A model generated the notes under the pieces. That model had not been told where the DNA came from and made no database searches. It saw only the letters and a list, made by a program, of their open reading frames with translations. This document shows, one piece after another, positions 62,773-64,000 of a stretch of DNA of 64,000 bases. The position numbers and the translations under genes were made by a program. Position 1 is the first letter of the stretch; each line of letters starts with the position of its first letter. This DNA is from Cyanophyceae cyanobacterium (GTDB lineage Bacteria > Cyanobacteriota > Cyanobacteriia > Cyanobacteriales > JBHJGN01), in contig JBHJGN010000011.1 in the NCBI GenBank assembly GCA_050331735.1, positions 1 to 64,000 of the forward strand, in the 5' to 3' direction.

Positions 62773-63513
62773 TTATAAATATGGCTTAACGACCTCTTGC
62801 CAGCGAAGATAAGCTTCACCAGTGAGATGAACGCCATCTAAAGTGTATTGAGAATCTAACTGATTCTCATGATTAGCTAAAACGCTGTGCAAATCGATAT
62901 ACGAAGCGGAAAAACGATCAGCGAGCTGCTGTAAACCTTGGTTAAGAGTATTGATGTCTTCGTTACTAATATCAACGGCAAAATCTTTGTAATTAACAGG
63001 GAGCACACTTTGAATAAATAGCTGAGTCTGAGGACTTTTTTCCTGAATCGTTTGCAATATTTCTTGATAGCTAGCTAAAATTTCAGAGACTTCTCGTTCT
63101 CCTAAAAGATCGTTAATTCCGACAAGCAAAAAGATTTTAGCTGGTTGAGAGCTGACCACTTCATCAAGCCGTTTGAGAATTCCTGTCGTTGTATCTCCAG
63201 CAATGCCCCGATTGATAATTTTTCCGTGAGGACTGTCCAAAATTTCTGCCCATTCTCCCTGATCGGTTAAACTATCTCCTAAAAAAATAATTTCGTTTTC
63301 AGCATCGGGCAGTCCTTCATACTGCTGCTTCTTCAACGTATAGTAGCTCGGTCTAGGCGTGTTTGGTCGAGACGGCGAGTCGGCTGGGGAAGAACTGGCG
63401 TTTAGATTTAGTCTATCGATGAGAGTATCGCTATTACCGACCAAAAACACCCCGATTAAAGAGAGAAGAGTAACGGCGACAAACCCTATCAGTGCTGTTC
63501 TGTTAGCAAACAT
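62773..63513 (-). CDS. GDSL/SGNH hydrolase
   Basis: GDSLT, NRGIAGD, GIND, DGVH. Confidence 0.93.
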   Translation of the reverse strand: MFANRTALIGFVAVTLLSLIGVFLVGNSDTLIDRLNLNASSSPADSPSRPNTPRPSYYTLKKQQYEGLPDAENEIIFLGDSLTDQGEWAEILDSPHGKIINRGIAGDTTTGILKRLDEVVSSQPAKIFLLVGINDLLGEREVSEILASYQEILQTIQEKSPQTQLFIQSVLPVNYKDFAVDISNEDINTLNQGLQQLADRFSASYIDLHSVLANHENQLDSQYTLDGVHLTGEAYLRWQEVVKPYL

Positions 63514-63599
63514 TTTTTGGCCTGAGCGAGAATAAATGGGCTTGGTTTTTTGTGGGTCGCGTTACCTAGAGAACGAGAGCAACTCGCAAACTGCTGAGG

Positions 63600-64000
63600 C
63601 TATGACCTCCGCTTTCTTCTGATGACGCGAACCAACATTACTAATCCTAATCCCCATCCTAGAATACTGGAAGGGGTCGGCACTGCTTCTGCTTCTGCTG
63701 CTAGAACATCATAATCGACGCGGGTTGCCGGGGAACGAGCGAGCAACTGGTAGTCTTCTGTGTTAAAGCCACCAGGATTGGCGAGCATGGGGTCAGCGCG
63801 CAGGTCGTCGGGGCTAGCAACCCCAGTAGCCCCAGCGTCTCCGCCGAAGCGAGTGCCGCCGTGCCAAAGATTCTCAGAGAACGACAGCCCGGCAGTACTG
63901 TCAATATTGGTGAGCCACTCAAAGCGCTCGGGTCGTGAAAAAATATTGTTAGTAATAGTCACATTTTCCGTATTCGGGTCTTCGTCAATGTGAAGAAATA
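63600..64000 (-). CDS. 3' end of a PEP-CTERM-sorted surface protein (partial)
   Basis: ITNNIF, DPML, YQL..SPA typical of a beta-helix C-terminus; VPTPSSILG + TM + RRKRRS. Confidence 0.75.
   Translation of the reverse strand, partial: FLHIDEDPNTENVTITNNIFSRPERFEWLTNIDSTAGLSFSENLWHGGTRFGGDAGATGVASPDDLRADPMLANPGGFNTEDYQLLARSPATRVDYDVLAAEAEAVPTPSSILGWGLGLVMLVRVIRRKRRS

Overview
Cyanobacterial chromosome segment. HIP1 octamers (GCGATCGC) are abundant, heptamer STRR-type repeats occur between genes, and the genes resemble those of unicellular cyanobacteria. The best candidate for an undescribed system is at 825-8392: an AT-rich, co-oriented biosynthetic cluster encoding a stand-alone ketosynthase III, two PAPS sulfotransferases flanking a cytochrome P450, a truncated DevB-type exporter subunit, a CylC-type dimetal-carboxylate halogenase and a His-box desaturase/hydroxylase. 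It lies between an IS5 remnant and an IS6 element and suggests a chlorinated, sulfated lipid pathway. The core region follows: ilvB, alpha-carbonic anhydrase, groESL with CIRCE and K-box, an ethylene-binding-domain hybrid kinase, clpB, radC, hemC, ycf51, tRNA-Leu, msrA and others. An AT-rich decaying island at about 36.2-43.2 kb holds an RTX fragment, LysR/aspartoacylase, a Tic22 pseudogene, IS256 and IS1 remnants and an MNT-HEPN toxin-antitoxin pair. Further right are a ClpC paralog lacking its middle domain and a Halothermothrix-type sucrose-phosphate synthase that splits a two-component pair. At 52.3-60.5 kb is a receptor-free CheB/CheR module whose neighbouring PAS proteins share EE-containing coiled coils. 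A composite hairpin/heptamer repeat family is scattered through the right half. All calls come from motif recognition by eye; no searches were run.
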